Source of the DNA: a virus
DNA: 64,000 bases
Strand: one strand, 5' to 3'
IMG/VR virus record: IMGVR_UViG_3300012271_000010
Location: 1 to 64,000 of that record
The first letter of the stretch is position 1. Each line of letters starts with the position of its first letter. This document shows positions 6,916 to 14,563 of this stretch, in pieces. The notes beneath the pieces are model-generated. The model was not told the origin of the DNA. It saw only the letters and a program-made list of their open reading frames with translations, and searched no databases. Both the position numbers and the translations under genes were made by a program.

Positions 6916-7082
6916 TGTTCGGTAGTGTAATGGATTTCCGTAAAAAGGGTGGACTAGGACCCTGATTTGGAAAATCAATACCTGTGTAATGAGGAGCACG
7001 CACTTTTCATTATGTAGCAAAAATTGACGCACGCGCTTCTCATGAGAACGTAGAGGAGGTTCGATTCCTTCCTGAACAGCCA
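6916..7082 (+). ncRNA. tRNA-like RNA (CAT anticodon) with ~95-nt structured insertion in the D loop
   Basis: tgttcgg/ctgaaca + GCCA; D stem gtgt(6925)/gcac(7029); cgctt-ctCATga-gaacg; ggagg-ttcgatt-ccttc T arm. Confidence 0.7.
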
Positions 7083-7387
7083 TTTCAAAAGGAAAAGATA
7101 ATGCCAAGTTTTTCTAGAGAATTTTTAGACGAGTCCCGCCGACGGTGCTTAAAAGAAAATGGAGGATTTGATGATGCATTCTTCCGATGTTTAGCAGAGA
7201 CCCAAGCTATTGTTGATGCTTTAGAAGAAGAGCTTGCCATTGAACGACCTGTTCTAGAAGCGGGTAAGGCTAACGCCAAGAATCGCAAGACAAAAGAAAA
7301 AGATGACTAGAAAAGAAGACTTTGATGGTATCATATGGTTGATAGCCTCTGTAGTACCATATGTTTTGTATATGATTTATCACTTTA

Positions 7388-7448
7388 GCTCTCTCTAGAG
7401 GAGCTAGATAAAGCCGATGAAACAGTTCGATTCTGTTAGAGAGCACCA
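7388..7448 (+). ncRNA. Mini tRNA-like RNA lacking a normal anticodon arm
   Basis: gctctct/agagagc + ACCA, aacag-ttcgatt-ctgtt T arm, only 26 nt in between. Confidence 0.7.
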
Positions 7449-7471
7449 CCACCAAAAAAAGGATTGATTTA

Positions 7472-7693
7472 ATGACTAAAAACGAAGTTCTAAAACTTAC
7501 TAAAGATTTCACTCATCGTTCACCTGGCATGCCCGGCGATAAATGGATTGAAATTTCTTTTAATGAGGAAGACAACACTTCAAAAGAACCAGAAAATATT
7601 GAAGAATATTTTAAAAAGTTGCTCGGTCCAAAAGCAAAATTTGAGGTTTATGAGATGCTCGACGACACTATAGTATGTGTTAACTATAGATAA
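7472..7693 (+). CDS. Hypothetical protein
   Basis: 73 aa ORF, AAGGA RBS. Confidence 0.55.
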   Translation: MTKNEVLKLTKDFTHRSPGMPGDKWIEISFNEEDNTSKEPENIEEYFKKLLGPKAKFEVYEMLDDTIVCVNYR

Positions 7694-7748
7694 ATTGGTC
7701 AGCATTGTTGCAGAGATCAAGCAGGTGTTGCTTGTAAAGGGGTAATAG

Positions 7749-8135
7749 ATGAGTTGTTTCTTTATTAGTGGGCATGGAGATCTAACTTTAGAAGAGTTTG
7801 AGGAACATTATCATCCAATGATAGAAAAAGCTTTATCAGAAGATGGTTGGTTTGTCATCGGCGATTACAAAGGAGCTGATACTATGGCAAATAAGTTTCT
7901 TTCAGATTATCTTTTTTTCAATAAAAGTATGTTTCCTTATACCGAAGTAATAGTTTATCATGTCGGCGACAAGCCAAGAAACAACCCAGGAAGATTTGAA
8001 ACTTTTCCTGGGTTTTCTTCAGATGAAGAACGCGACGCTACTATGACTAGGCATAGTTCAGTTGATATAGCCTGGGTGAGACCTGGTAGGGAGAATTCAG
8101 GCACCGCCAGAAACATTGCTCGCAGAAAGGCTTGA
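7749..8135 (+). CDS. Hypothetical protein, probable SLOG-like fold
   Basis: FISGH, IGDYKGAD, RDxxM and SGTxxN motifs. Confidence 0.6.
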   Translation: MSCFFISGHGDLTLEEFEEHYHPMIEKALSEDGWFVIGDYKGADTMANKFLSDYLFFNKSMFPYTEVIVYHVGDKPRNNPGRFETFPGFSSDEERDATMTRHSSVDIAWVRPGRENSGTARNIARRKA

Positions 8136-8160
8136 CACATATTTCCAAACCTGTTAGGAT
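8132..8160 (+). promoter_or_regulatory. sigma70-type promoter overlapping the upstream TGA stop
   Basis: TTGACA-17 nt-TAGGAT with extended TG. Confidence 0.6.
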
Positions 8161-8166
8161 ACTTAT

Positions 8167-8721
8167 ATGATTACAACAATGAGTTTTAAAGCCGGAACCG
8201 ACCCTTGCCCTACTGTATCTTGGGGAGGAAATTATTCCAACGAACAACTTCAAGATGGTATTGAAAAGCTGGTAAGTTTTTGTGCATCTAAGGGAGTGGA
8301 AGTTCGTTTTGGAACGAGAGAGAGATGCAGTCATGCGATCGGCTTAAAGCTAATCACGATGAACAGTAGACTTTCTTTAAAGAAATTGTACCATGTTTTG
8401 CTACACGAAAGCGGACATGTTGTGATTAATCAAGATATGATTTCTGAAGAAGACCATACTGAATATCTTCTTAATTATCCTGGAAATGTAAACAAAAATA
8501 CAGAAGCATACATTGCTGAGGGTGACAACGAACATAAGTTGACAAAGAAAGATCATCGACGCTATATGGTTAGTCTCATTCATGAAGAATGTGACGCATG
8601 GCGCAAAGGTTTGGATATTGCAGCGATGTTGGAGCTTCCTTTGAATTTGTATGATTTTTATTCTGATGCAACAACTGGAATTGAATCTTATATTCTAGCA
8701 GCTGCCCAATCGAGGTCTTAA
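8167..8721 (+). CDS. HExxH zinc-metallopeptidase-like protein
   Basis: LLHESGH plus downstream EExxAW. Confidence 0.65.
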   Translation: MITTMSFKAGTDPCPTVSWGGNYSNEQLQDGIEKLVSFCASKGVEVRFGTRERCSHAIGLKLITMNSRLSLKKLYHVLLHESGHVVINQDMISEEDHTEYLLNYPGNVNKNTEAYIAEGDNEHKLTKKDHRRYMVSLIHEECDAWRKGLDIAAMLELPLNLYDFYSDATTGIESYILAAAQSRS

Positions 8722-8979
8722 ATGTCATTTTTCTCTAAACGTCGTACTTCTCGTATGTTTACTTTTGGAAAAGTTGGAAGTAAAAGTGGGCTGATTTTTG
8801 TCTTAGCTAAAGATGGTGTTTGGGATATCACAAGTGAAAAAACCGGAGCCCATTCTGTAAGGTTTGGTATTACTACTCAGAAAAAAGAAGATTGTAGTTT
8901 TTATTCTTTTTTTATTGGTCCCTTGGCAATAATGCTGAACGTACCGAAAAAAGTGCTTGACAAAGAAGAAAAGAAGTAG
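8722..8979 (+). CDS. Hypothetical protein
   Basis: 85 aa ORF abutting the previous gene. Confidence 0.5.
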   Translation: MSFFSKRRTSRMFTFGKVGSKSGLIFVLAKDGVWDITSEKTGAHSVRFGITTQKKEDCSFYSFFIGPLAIMLNVPKKVLDKEEKK

Positions 8980-8985
8980 TAAGAT
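8957..8985 (+). promoter_or_regulatory. sigma70-type promoter
   Basis: TTGACA-17 nt-TAAGAT. Confidence 0.55.
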
Positions 8986-9155
8986 ACTAGTTAAGAAACA
9001 CTGGAAGAAATTCTGGTTTGAGGATTTATAATGTTTACATCAAAATTGTATAATAAATCGAATATTAACGGCTACAATAATTTGTGGGATAGCCATTTAT
9101 ATGCACTCAAACCAAGCTTGTTAGCCTAATTTCTCTAGAATCCATTAAAATTTAT

Positions 9156-9233
9156 TGTAGTTGAACCGACCGGGTGTCGGTGCCGAGCTGTTAACTCGGA
9201 ATAAGGTAGGTTCGAGTCCTACAACTACAGCCA
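9156..9233 (+). tRNA. tRNA-Asn(GTT)
   Basis: tgtagtt/aactaca, G73, ccgag-ctGTTaa-ctcgg, CCA. Confidence 0.88.
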
Positions 9234-9253
9234 TTTAAAAGAAAGAAGAGAAA

Positions 9254-9397
9254 ATGATTGATTTCATCTTGAGAAAGATTAGAAAGAGAATTGAGCCAAA
9301 AAATATGTGTGATTCTTGTACAAGGAAGTATACATGCCAGACCAAAAGTGGTAAGATGCTCTGTGAACGATGTTATAAAAGGGAATTAAATGTCTAA
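9254..9397 (+). CDS. Small Cys-rich zinc-finger protein (47 aa, below the ORF-track cutoff)
   Basis: MIDFILRKIRKRIEPKNMCDSCTRKYTCQTKSGKMLCERCYKRELNV, read manually. Confidence 0.45.
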   Translation: MIDFILRKIRKRIEPKNMCDSCTRKYTCQTKSGKMLCERCYKRELNV

Positions 9398-10583
9398 ATC
9401 GGAAACAAAGCGATGCGCTATATGTGGAAATACGAATTCTAGGAAAGGTAAGACGCAGTTTTGTTCAACCAAGTGTTATTTAGAGTCTAATAGAAGTGTA
9501 AAGAAATGTGAAGTTTGTAAAAAAGAATATTCTTATATATCTTTTTATGAAAAAAGGACGTGTTCTAGAAAATGCGGAGCTAAAATAAATGCTTCATGTT
9601 ATCAAAAAGACCCAAAAACATGGGTAACGACAAAATGCAATATTTGCAATAAAGATTTTGATGTACGAATCAAAAGGTTGAAGAGGACCAAGAACGTGTT
9701 ATGCAGCACTAAATGTTCTGCGGAATTTAGATCTATTAACTTTAATCATGATCGGATATTGAATCACTATTCTGGATTCTTTTCATCTCTTAAATCAGGA
9801 GGTGAAAAGAAAATTAGATTTGATTCCTCTTGGGAATTGAGAAGGTTTAAAGAATTAGAATTTGATCCAAAAGTCATTCTATGGGATAGATGTCAAGATA
9901 AAATACTTTGGTATGATTCTGACAATAAAAAGCATCATTATAATCCAGATATTTATATTGAGTACGAAGACGGTAAAAGAGTAGTGGAAGAAATTAAAGG
10001 ATTCATGAATGAAGAATCTAAATTAAAAATTGAAGCTGGCGAAGAGTTTTACGACAGAACAGAAATATTATTTCGGGTAATAGATAATAAGAATATCTTA
10101 TTTGATAAAAAACTTGAATATAAAACAGAAGAGTATGAAAATGATTATGGAATATTTAATCGACTTAAAATGGAATATATTTGGATGTCTCTAGCAATTA
10201 TGTTAGCAAGCAAATCTACTTGTTCTCGATTAAAAGTAGGTTCAGTTATAACCGATTCTGGCATGAATAGAGCACTTTGTGTTGGATATAATGGAGATGA
10301 AAAAGGGGGCAAAAACCAGTGTGAAAGTTTAAAACCAGGAAAATGTGGTTGTTTGCATGCTGAAACTAACGCGATAGCGAAATCCCGCGAATCACTAGAA
10401 AATTGTATCTTATTCGTAACAACAGCACCTTGCAAATCTTGCGTTAAGTTGATTATTAACTCAGGTATAAGAGAAGTAATATATAATGAAGTTTATAGGG
10501 ACACTAGTGGACTCAAATTGATGAAACAGCGTGGTCTTAAAGTAACACGTTTTAGCAAAATTGAAGATGATACCCTTCTTTAG
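9390..10583 (+). CDS. Fusion: CxxC zinc-repeat region + TnsA/gp4-like PD-(D/E)xK endonuclease + dCMP deaminase
   Basis: Repeated CxxC...CSxxC; SSWE...YNPDIYI...EEIKG; C-terminal STC-KVG, GYNG, HAETNAI, PCKSC deaminase motifs. Confidence 0.8.
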   Translation: MSKSETKRCAICGNTNSRKGKTQFCSTKCYLESNRSVKKCEVCKKEYSYISFYEKRTCSRKCGAKINASCYQKDPKTWVTTKCNICNKDFDVRIKRLKRTKNVLCSTKCSAEFRSINFNHDRILNHYSGFFSSLKSGGEKKIRFDSSWELRRFKELEFDPKVILWDRCQDKILWYDSDNKKHHYNPDIYIEYEDGKRVVEEIKGFMNEESKLKIEAGEEFYDRTEILFRVIDNKNILFDKKLEYKTEEYENDYGIFNRLKMEYIWMSLAIMLASKSTCSRLKVGSVITDSGMNRALCVGYNGDEKGGKNQCESLKPGKCGCLHAETNAIAKSRESLENCILFVTTAPCKSCVKLIINSGIREVIYNEVYRDTSGLKLMKQRGLKVTRFSKIEDDTLL

Positions 10584-10586
10584 GGC

Positions 10587-10614
10587 TTGACTTACTGAGA
10601 AAACGTGGTATAGT
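10587..10614 (+). promoter_or_regulatory. sigma70-type promoter
   Basis: TTGACT-16 nt-TATAGT with extended TG. Confidence 0.5.
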
Positions 10615-10640
10615 GGTTAGACAAGAAAACGGAGGCGGAG

Positions 10641-11279
10641 TTGAAGATAGTGGCAATTAGCGATACTCACAATCAACTTCGTAACATTAAGGTTCCCCAT
10701 GGTGATGTCCTGATCCATGCTGGCGATTTCACAATGAATGGAACCGCCAACGAAATTCGTGAGTTTAATCATGAGCTTAGTCTCTTATCTCACGCACATA
10801 AAATTGTGATTGCAGGCAATCACGATATAAATTTTGAAATGGAACCGGTTGAATCTAGAAAATTACTAACTAATGCAATTTATCTAGAAGATAGTGGAGT
10901 TGAAATCGGAGGAGTAAAGTTTTGGGGTTCACCCTGGCAGCCACAGTTTTATGATTGGGCTTTCAACCTTGAACGAGGTTTGCCTTTGAAAGAAAAGTGG
11001 CAACAGATTCCATCTGATACAGATGTTCTTATTACTCACGGACCTCCAAAGGAAATCCTTGACGAAGCACCCCGAAAGGGAATTTTGAATTATTTGAATG
11101 TTGGTTGTAAAGATTTGAGAGAAGAGGTTCTGTATAGAATCCAACCAAAATATCATGTCTTTGGACACATTCACAATGGATACGGTTATAAGTCTTTTGG
11201 AAACATTAATTTTATCAACGCATCTATTTTGAACGAGAGATACAAAATCGAAAATAAGCCTATTATTTTCAACATTTAA
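10641..11279 (+). CDS. Calcineurin-like metallophosphoesterase (MPPED-like)
   Basis: SDTH, HAGD, GNHD, THGPP and GHIH motifs; TTG start with GGAGG RBS. Confidence 0.9.
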   Translation: MKIVAISDTHNQLRNIKVPHGDVLIHAGDFTMNGTANEIREFNHELSLLSHAHKIVIAGNHDINFEMEPVESRKLLTNAIYLEDSGVEIGGVKFWGSPWQPQFYDWAFNLERGLPLKEKWQQIPSDTDVLITHGPPKEILDEAPRKGILNYLNVGCKDLREEVLYRIQPKYHVFGHIHNGYGYKSFGNINFINASILNERYKIENKPIIFNI

Positions 11280-11365
11280 AGGAAGAATTAAAATGAAAAA
11301 CTACGCAAAACGAAAACATAAACGATAGGGCTGGGATGTGCCCGTTGAAACATCCCACACCATGT

Positions 11366-11443
11366 GGGTTTGTAGTATAACGGATGTATTATACTCGGCT
11401 CTTAACCGATGAGATTTGGGTTCGAATCCCAACAGACCCACCA
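11366..11443 (+). tRNA. tRNA-Lys(CTT)
   Basis: gggtttg/cagaccc, tcgg-ctCTTaa-ccga, CCA. Confidence 0.88.
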
Positions 11444-11446
11444 CAT

Positions 11447-11522
11447 GGGTTGTTAGTTCAATTGCGTAGAACATGTGGCTTTTAACCATTCAATCCGAGT
11501 TCGAGTCTCGGACAACCCACCA
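11447..11522 (+). tRNA. tRNA-Lys(TTT)
   Basis: gggttgt/acaaccc, gtgg-ctTTTaa-ccat, CCA. Confidence 0.88.
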
Positions 11523-11553
11523 ATTTTGAGAAGAAAATAGATTTTTGAGTTTT

Positions 11554-11826
11554 TGTTCGTGCTGCCGTCGTTTGGATAGCTGGCAGCCACTTGCACCGAA
11601 AGAAGTCTCAGCTGAACCTGCGAATCGAAAGTGAAGCGGGGAGAAAGATGACTTGAGGTTTGAGGTTCGATAGGAGGGGCGTCGCTGCCCCAAAAATGTG
11701 CCTCGCGCGTGGTGAGTTCTTGATAGTAGGAAAAGGTGTACTGAGAATGCACTAAAGTACAAAATCATAGCCCTGTCAGTCTCAGACAGAGCGAAAAGAC
11801 TTAGGGTTCAATCCCCTACACGAACA
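11554..11826 (+). ncRNA. Unidentified 273-nt structured RNA with tRNA-like 8-bp acceptor and T arm
   Basis: tgttcgtg/cacgaaca ends, taggg-ttcaatc-cccta T arm, GC-rich multi-hairpin interior in an AT-rich genome. Confidence 0.65.
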
Positions 11827-11851
11827 TTTTTTATTTGGAGAAGAAAAAAAC

Positions 11852-12469
11852 ATGAGTGACAAATTACTTGGAAAAATGATCAAAGAGTTGACTGAAAACA
11901 ATATCAGTATAAAATTTGTAAACAAAAGTACTCTTGAAGATGATAGTCCAATGTTGGGGTTTTTCTGTGAATTGGATAAATTAATCGAAGTAGGAACTCT
12001 CGACGACGGCTGGTTTCAGACTTTCGCTCATGAATATTGTCACTTTAAACAGTGGAAAGATGGTCTCTTTGACGATATAACAACAATAGCTGCATATGCC
12101 ACATTAGATAATTGGGTGGACAGGAACAGAGAACTACCATCAGAAACAGTAAAGAAATTTATCCGTTGCATGCAGTTTATTGAATGGGACAATGAAAAAC
12201 GTACAATTGAATTTCTTGATAAAAACAAAATTGATTATGACAGAGAAGCTTATGTTAAGAAAGCTAACGTTTATGTTGCTTCTCATGAATTAACAAGACG
12301 TATTAGACGATGGCAAAGTAAACCATTGAGTACTGTTCCCGGAGTAAGTGATTTATTTTCAGGGGAAGAAATGATGCTAGAAAGAGATTTTGGGAATCTC
12401 CCAGAAGGTTTTGAAGCATTAGCAATTTCATCTTTTGAAGAAGTTATCGTTGAGGAAGAAGAGGATTAA
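11852..12469 (+). CDS. HExxH zinc-metallopeptidase-like protein
   Basis: FAHEYCH motif with a downstream E. Confidence 0.6.
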   Translation: MSDKLLGKMIKELTENNISIKFVNKSTLEDDSPMLGFFCELDKLIEVGTLDDGWFQTFAHEYCHFKQWKDGLFDDITTIAAYATLDNWVDRNRELPSETVKKFIRCMQFIEWDNEKRTIEFLDKNKIDYDREAYVKKANVYVASHELTRRIRRWQSKPLSTVPGVSDLFSGEEMMLERDFGNLPEGFEALAISSFEEVIVEEEED

Positions 12470-12514
12470 AATGGACTATTATTATTATAAGATTAGACAT
12501 ACCCATATCAACAT

Positions 12515-12603
12515 GGGAGACTTTCCTCGCGGTTGGCTGTAAACCAATTACCATAATAAGCGGGGTGGACGGTGAGAAGGTTCAATTCCTTAGTCTCCCA
12601 CCA
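12515..12603 (+). tRNA. Non-canonical tRNA-Tyr(GTA) with split/re-threaded D arm
   Basis: gggagac/gtctccc + ACCA, gttgg-ctGTAaa-ccaat; cctcgc (5' of anticodon arm) pairs with gcgggg (3' of it), followed by tggacggt and the T arm. Confidence 0.7.
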
Positions 12604-12624
12604 AATTAAACCGATTATGTGTAT

Positions 12625-12713
12625 GGTGGCTGTGCTGGAAATGGTAGACAGGCTGGGCTGTGAACCCGGTGTTTGATAAAGACGTGCGAGTTCGAAGCTC
12701 GTCAGTCACCCCA
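12625..12713 (+). tRNA. tRNA-His(GTG) with class-II-like long variable arm
   Basis: G-1/C73, gtggctg/cagtcac, ctggg-ctGTGaa-cccgg, tgttt..agacg variable hairpin, CCA. Confidence 0.85.
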
Positions 12714-12738
12714 ATTCAAAAAACACACTTAGGAAGAA

Positions 12739-12945
12739 ATGAAAGTAGGAACAAGAGTAAAAGTTATTTGTTCATGTTGTCAAAATGGAGCATGGACTCT
12801 TTTGGAACAAGAAGGAATAATTTACAAAGATTTTAATACTGCTTATTGCGAAGACCTCACGGTGACACAAAATCTCTACGGCATCAGATTCGACGACAAG
12901 ACCGAGGGATCCTTCTGGACAAAACAGATTGAGGTGTTATACTGA
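12739..12945 (+). CDS. Small SH3/KOW-like hypothetical protein
   Basis: MKVGTRVKV N-terminus typical of small phage beta-barrels. Confidence 0.5.
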   Translation: MKVGTRVKVICSCCQNGAWTLLEQEGIIYKDFNTAYCEDLTVTQNLYGIRFDDKTEGSFWTKQIEVLY

Positions 12946-13115
12946 TGTTCTACTGGCTCTCGACAACGAAGATGACTGTGATGGTGGAAACCGATGAAAA
13001 CGATATTCTCATTGAAGCAGCACCAATAGTAAGAAGATTCTTGGGACAGACGATAGAAGACCTTGCAATGTGGATGAACAGACAAGAAGGTTTTAAAATA
13101 GAGGAGTTAAATTGA

Positions 13116-13307
13116 ATGGAATACGAAAAAGGTGATCTGATGAAACATAATGATGGTTCATTGGGAATTATTACTAAAGTAAGCACCTACCGTTATCAAA
13201 TCTCTTGGTTTGAAGAACGTACGTTAACCAATCTCAGTTATACCTGGATTAATAAAAATATTTCAAAGAAATACCTTCCAGTGTGTATTAGTCGAACAAA
13301 GTTGTGA
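13116..13307 (+). CDS. Small SH3/KOW-like hypothetical protein
   Basis: KGDL...GII pattern; GAGGAG RBS. Confidence 0.5.
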   Translation: MEYEKGDLMKHNDGSLGIITKVSTYRYQISWFEERTLTNLSYTWINKNISKKYLPVCISRTKL

Positions 13308-13314
13308 AAGTTAT

Positions 13315-13401
13315 GGGGATGTGGTGGAACTGGTTTACACAGCAGGCTTAAAACTTGTAGCCCGCGAGGGCTTGTGGGTTCGAATCCCACCATCCCTACC
13401 A
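13315..13401 (+). tRNA. tRNA-Leu(TAA)
   Basis: ggggatg/catccct, gcagg-ctTAAaa-cttgt, agccc/gggct variable arm, CCA. Confidence 0.92.
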
Positions 13402-13405
13402 TTTT

Positions 13406-13483
13406 AGGTTAGTAGAGAATTGGTATATCGAGGGGATTCAAACTTCCCTGTCTATGTGGGTTCGAGTCCCACCTAACCTACCA
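13406..13483 (+). tRNA. tRNA-Leu(CAA), short variable region
   Basis: aggttag/ctaacct, gggga-ttCAAac-ttccc, CCA. Confidence 0.8.
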
Positions 13484-13498
13484 TTTTAAGAGGAATAA

Positions 13499-14035
13499 AT
13501 GAAGAGAACAATCTTGTGCTTGCTAGCACTACTTATAAATGCTAGTTGTTTCTATCTACCAGTTTCAATACCTGATGGTGGAGTTGGAACAATTAGTGAT
13601 GCAGGAACAGGACAAAGATTAGGAGATTTAGATGCAGGTGAGACAAATGATTCTGGAAACCCTCAAACAGACAGCGGTATCATCATCGATCTTGATGGCG
13701 GCGTTTTCGTGGACGCTGGTAATGAAGATGACGCTGGATTTATTGCAGGCGACGCAGGTTTGGTAGACTCTGGACCATTTGACTCTGGGATTTTTGATGG
13801 AGGTTTGTTTGATTCTGGAATCTTCGAGTTTGATGCTGGCTTTGTAGACGCTTCTGTGATTATTGACGCAGGAACAGAAATTGTAGATGCTTCTATTGAA
13901 ATTGATGCCGGAGAAGAATGCGAAGATACTCATGGACATCATGGATACGGTAGTTGGAATGAACCTGAGCCAAGTTGGAATGAACCAGAATCGGAATGTC
14001 CAGATGAATCGGAGCACGAATGGTGGGAGAATTGA
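13499..14035 (+). CDS. Acidic D-[AGS]-G repeat lipoprotein
   Basis: Signal peptide with lipobox-like NASC; many DAG/DSG/DGG triplets; C-terminal SWNEPE repeat. Confidence 0.7.
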   Translation: MKRTILCLLALLINASCFYLPVSIPDGGVGTISDAGTGQRLGDLDAGETNDSGNPQTDSGIIIDLDGGVFVDAGNEDDAGFIAGDAGLVDSGPFDSGIFDGGLFDSGIFEFDAGFVDASVIIDAGTEIVDASIEIDAGEECEDTHGHHGYGSWNEPEPSWNEPESECPDESEHEWWEN

Positions 14036-14315
14036 TTAAAAAAGGTCAACTTTTAAAAGTTATACGTTGTACGTTTGAAAGTACCGTCACCGCCGAAACG
14101 CGCGGCACCGAAACACCGGTGTTCCCCGCCCACTACCGCGTCGCCGACGACGTCGACGGTCTTAAATTTCTTGATATAGGAACACTGCTGATTGTGACCA
14201 GGGAACAAAGTGACACCAATATTGGGATCGAAGCTTACAACCCAAAAACAAATAGAACTATTTTTGTACCGATGAACGATGTTATTAAACTTTAGCTTAA
14301 AAAAAAGGTAGTTAT

Positions 14316-14389
14316 ATTCCAGAGCGTAGGTTGTGTCGACCGATCTCCAAAATCGTGTTGTGAGAGTTCGAATCTCTCCTGGTTTGCCA
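14316..14389 (+). tRNA. Degenerate tRNA-Trp(CCA)
   Basis: cgat-ctCCAaa-atcg, gagag-ttcgaat-ctctc, G73-CCA; acceptor and D arm imperfect, 5' end uncertain. Confidence 0.55.
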
Positions 14390-14392
14390 ATT

Positions 14393-14563
14393 ATGATAAT
14401 ATGTGTTTGCAATAATTTAAACGAGCAAGAAATCCAAACAGCAATTTCAGGCGGATGTAAAACAGCTTCAGAAGTTTGGGAATTTCATAAGTGCAGAGGA
14501 AGATGTACCAAGTGCGTTCCTGAAATCGAAGAAAGTATTGAAAATGAAAAAGATAGAACTTAA
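14393..14563 (+). CDS. Bfd-like [2Fe-2S] ferredoxin
   Basis: MIICVCNN...CTKC (CxC...CxxC); start set at ATG 14393 after the tRNA. Confidence 0.8.
   Translation: MIICVCNNLNEQEIQTAISGGCKTASEVWEFHKCRGRCTKCVPEIEESIENEKDRT

Noticed and set aside
9390-10583. Tn7-like transposon suggested by the TnsA-like domain
   Set aside because: No TnsB/TnsC or terminal repeats; the domain is common in phage homing/head-completion nucleases
11301-11768. Minus-strand ORFs over the Lys tRNAs and the 273-nt RNA
   Set aside because: Antisense shadows of GC-rich RNA genes
11554-11826. RNase P RNA, group I intron-containing tRNA, tRNA-Sec or second tmRNA
   Set aside because: No GAGGAAAGUCC/P4 motifs, no P7 core, no UCA anticodon arm, no G3.U70 or tag ORF
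14118-14129. GTGTTCCCCGC resembling the start of a type I-E CRISPR repeat
   Set aside because: Single partial copy, no repeat-spacer periodicity and no cas operon
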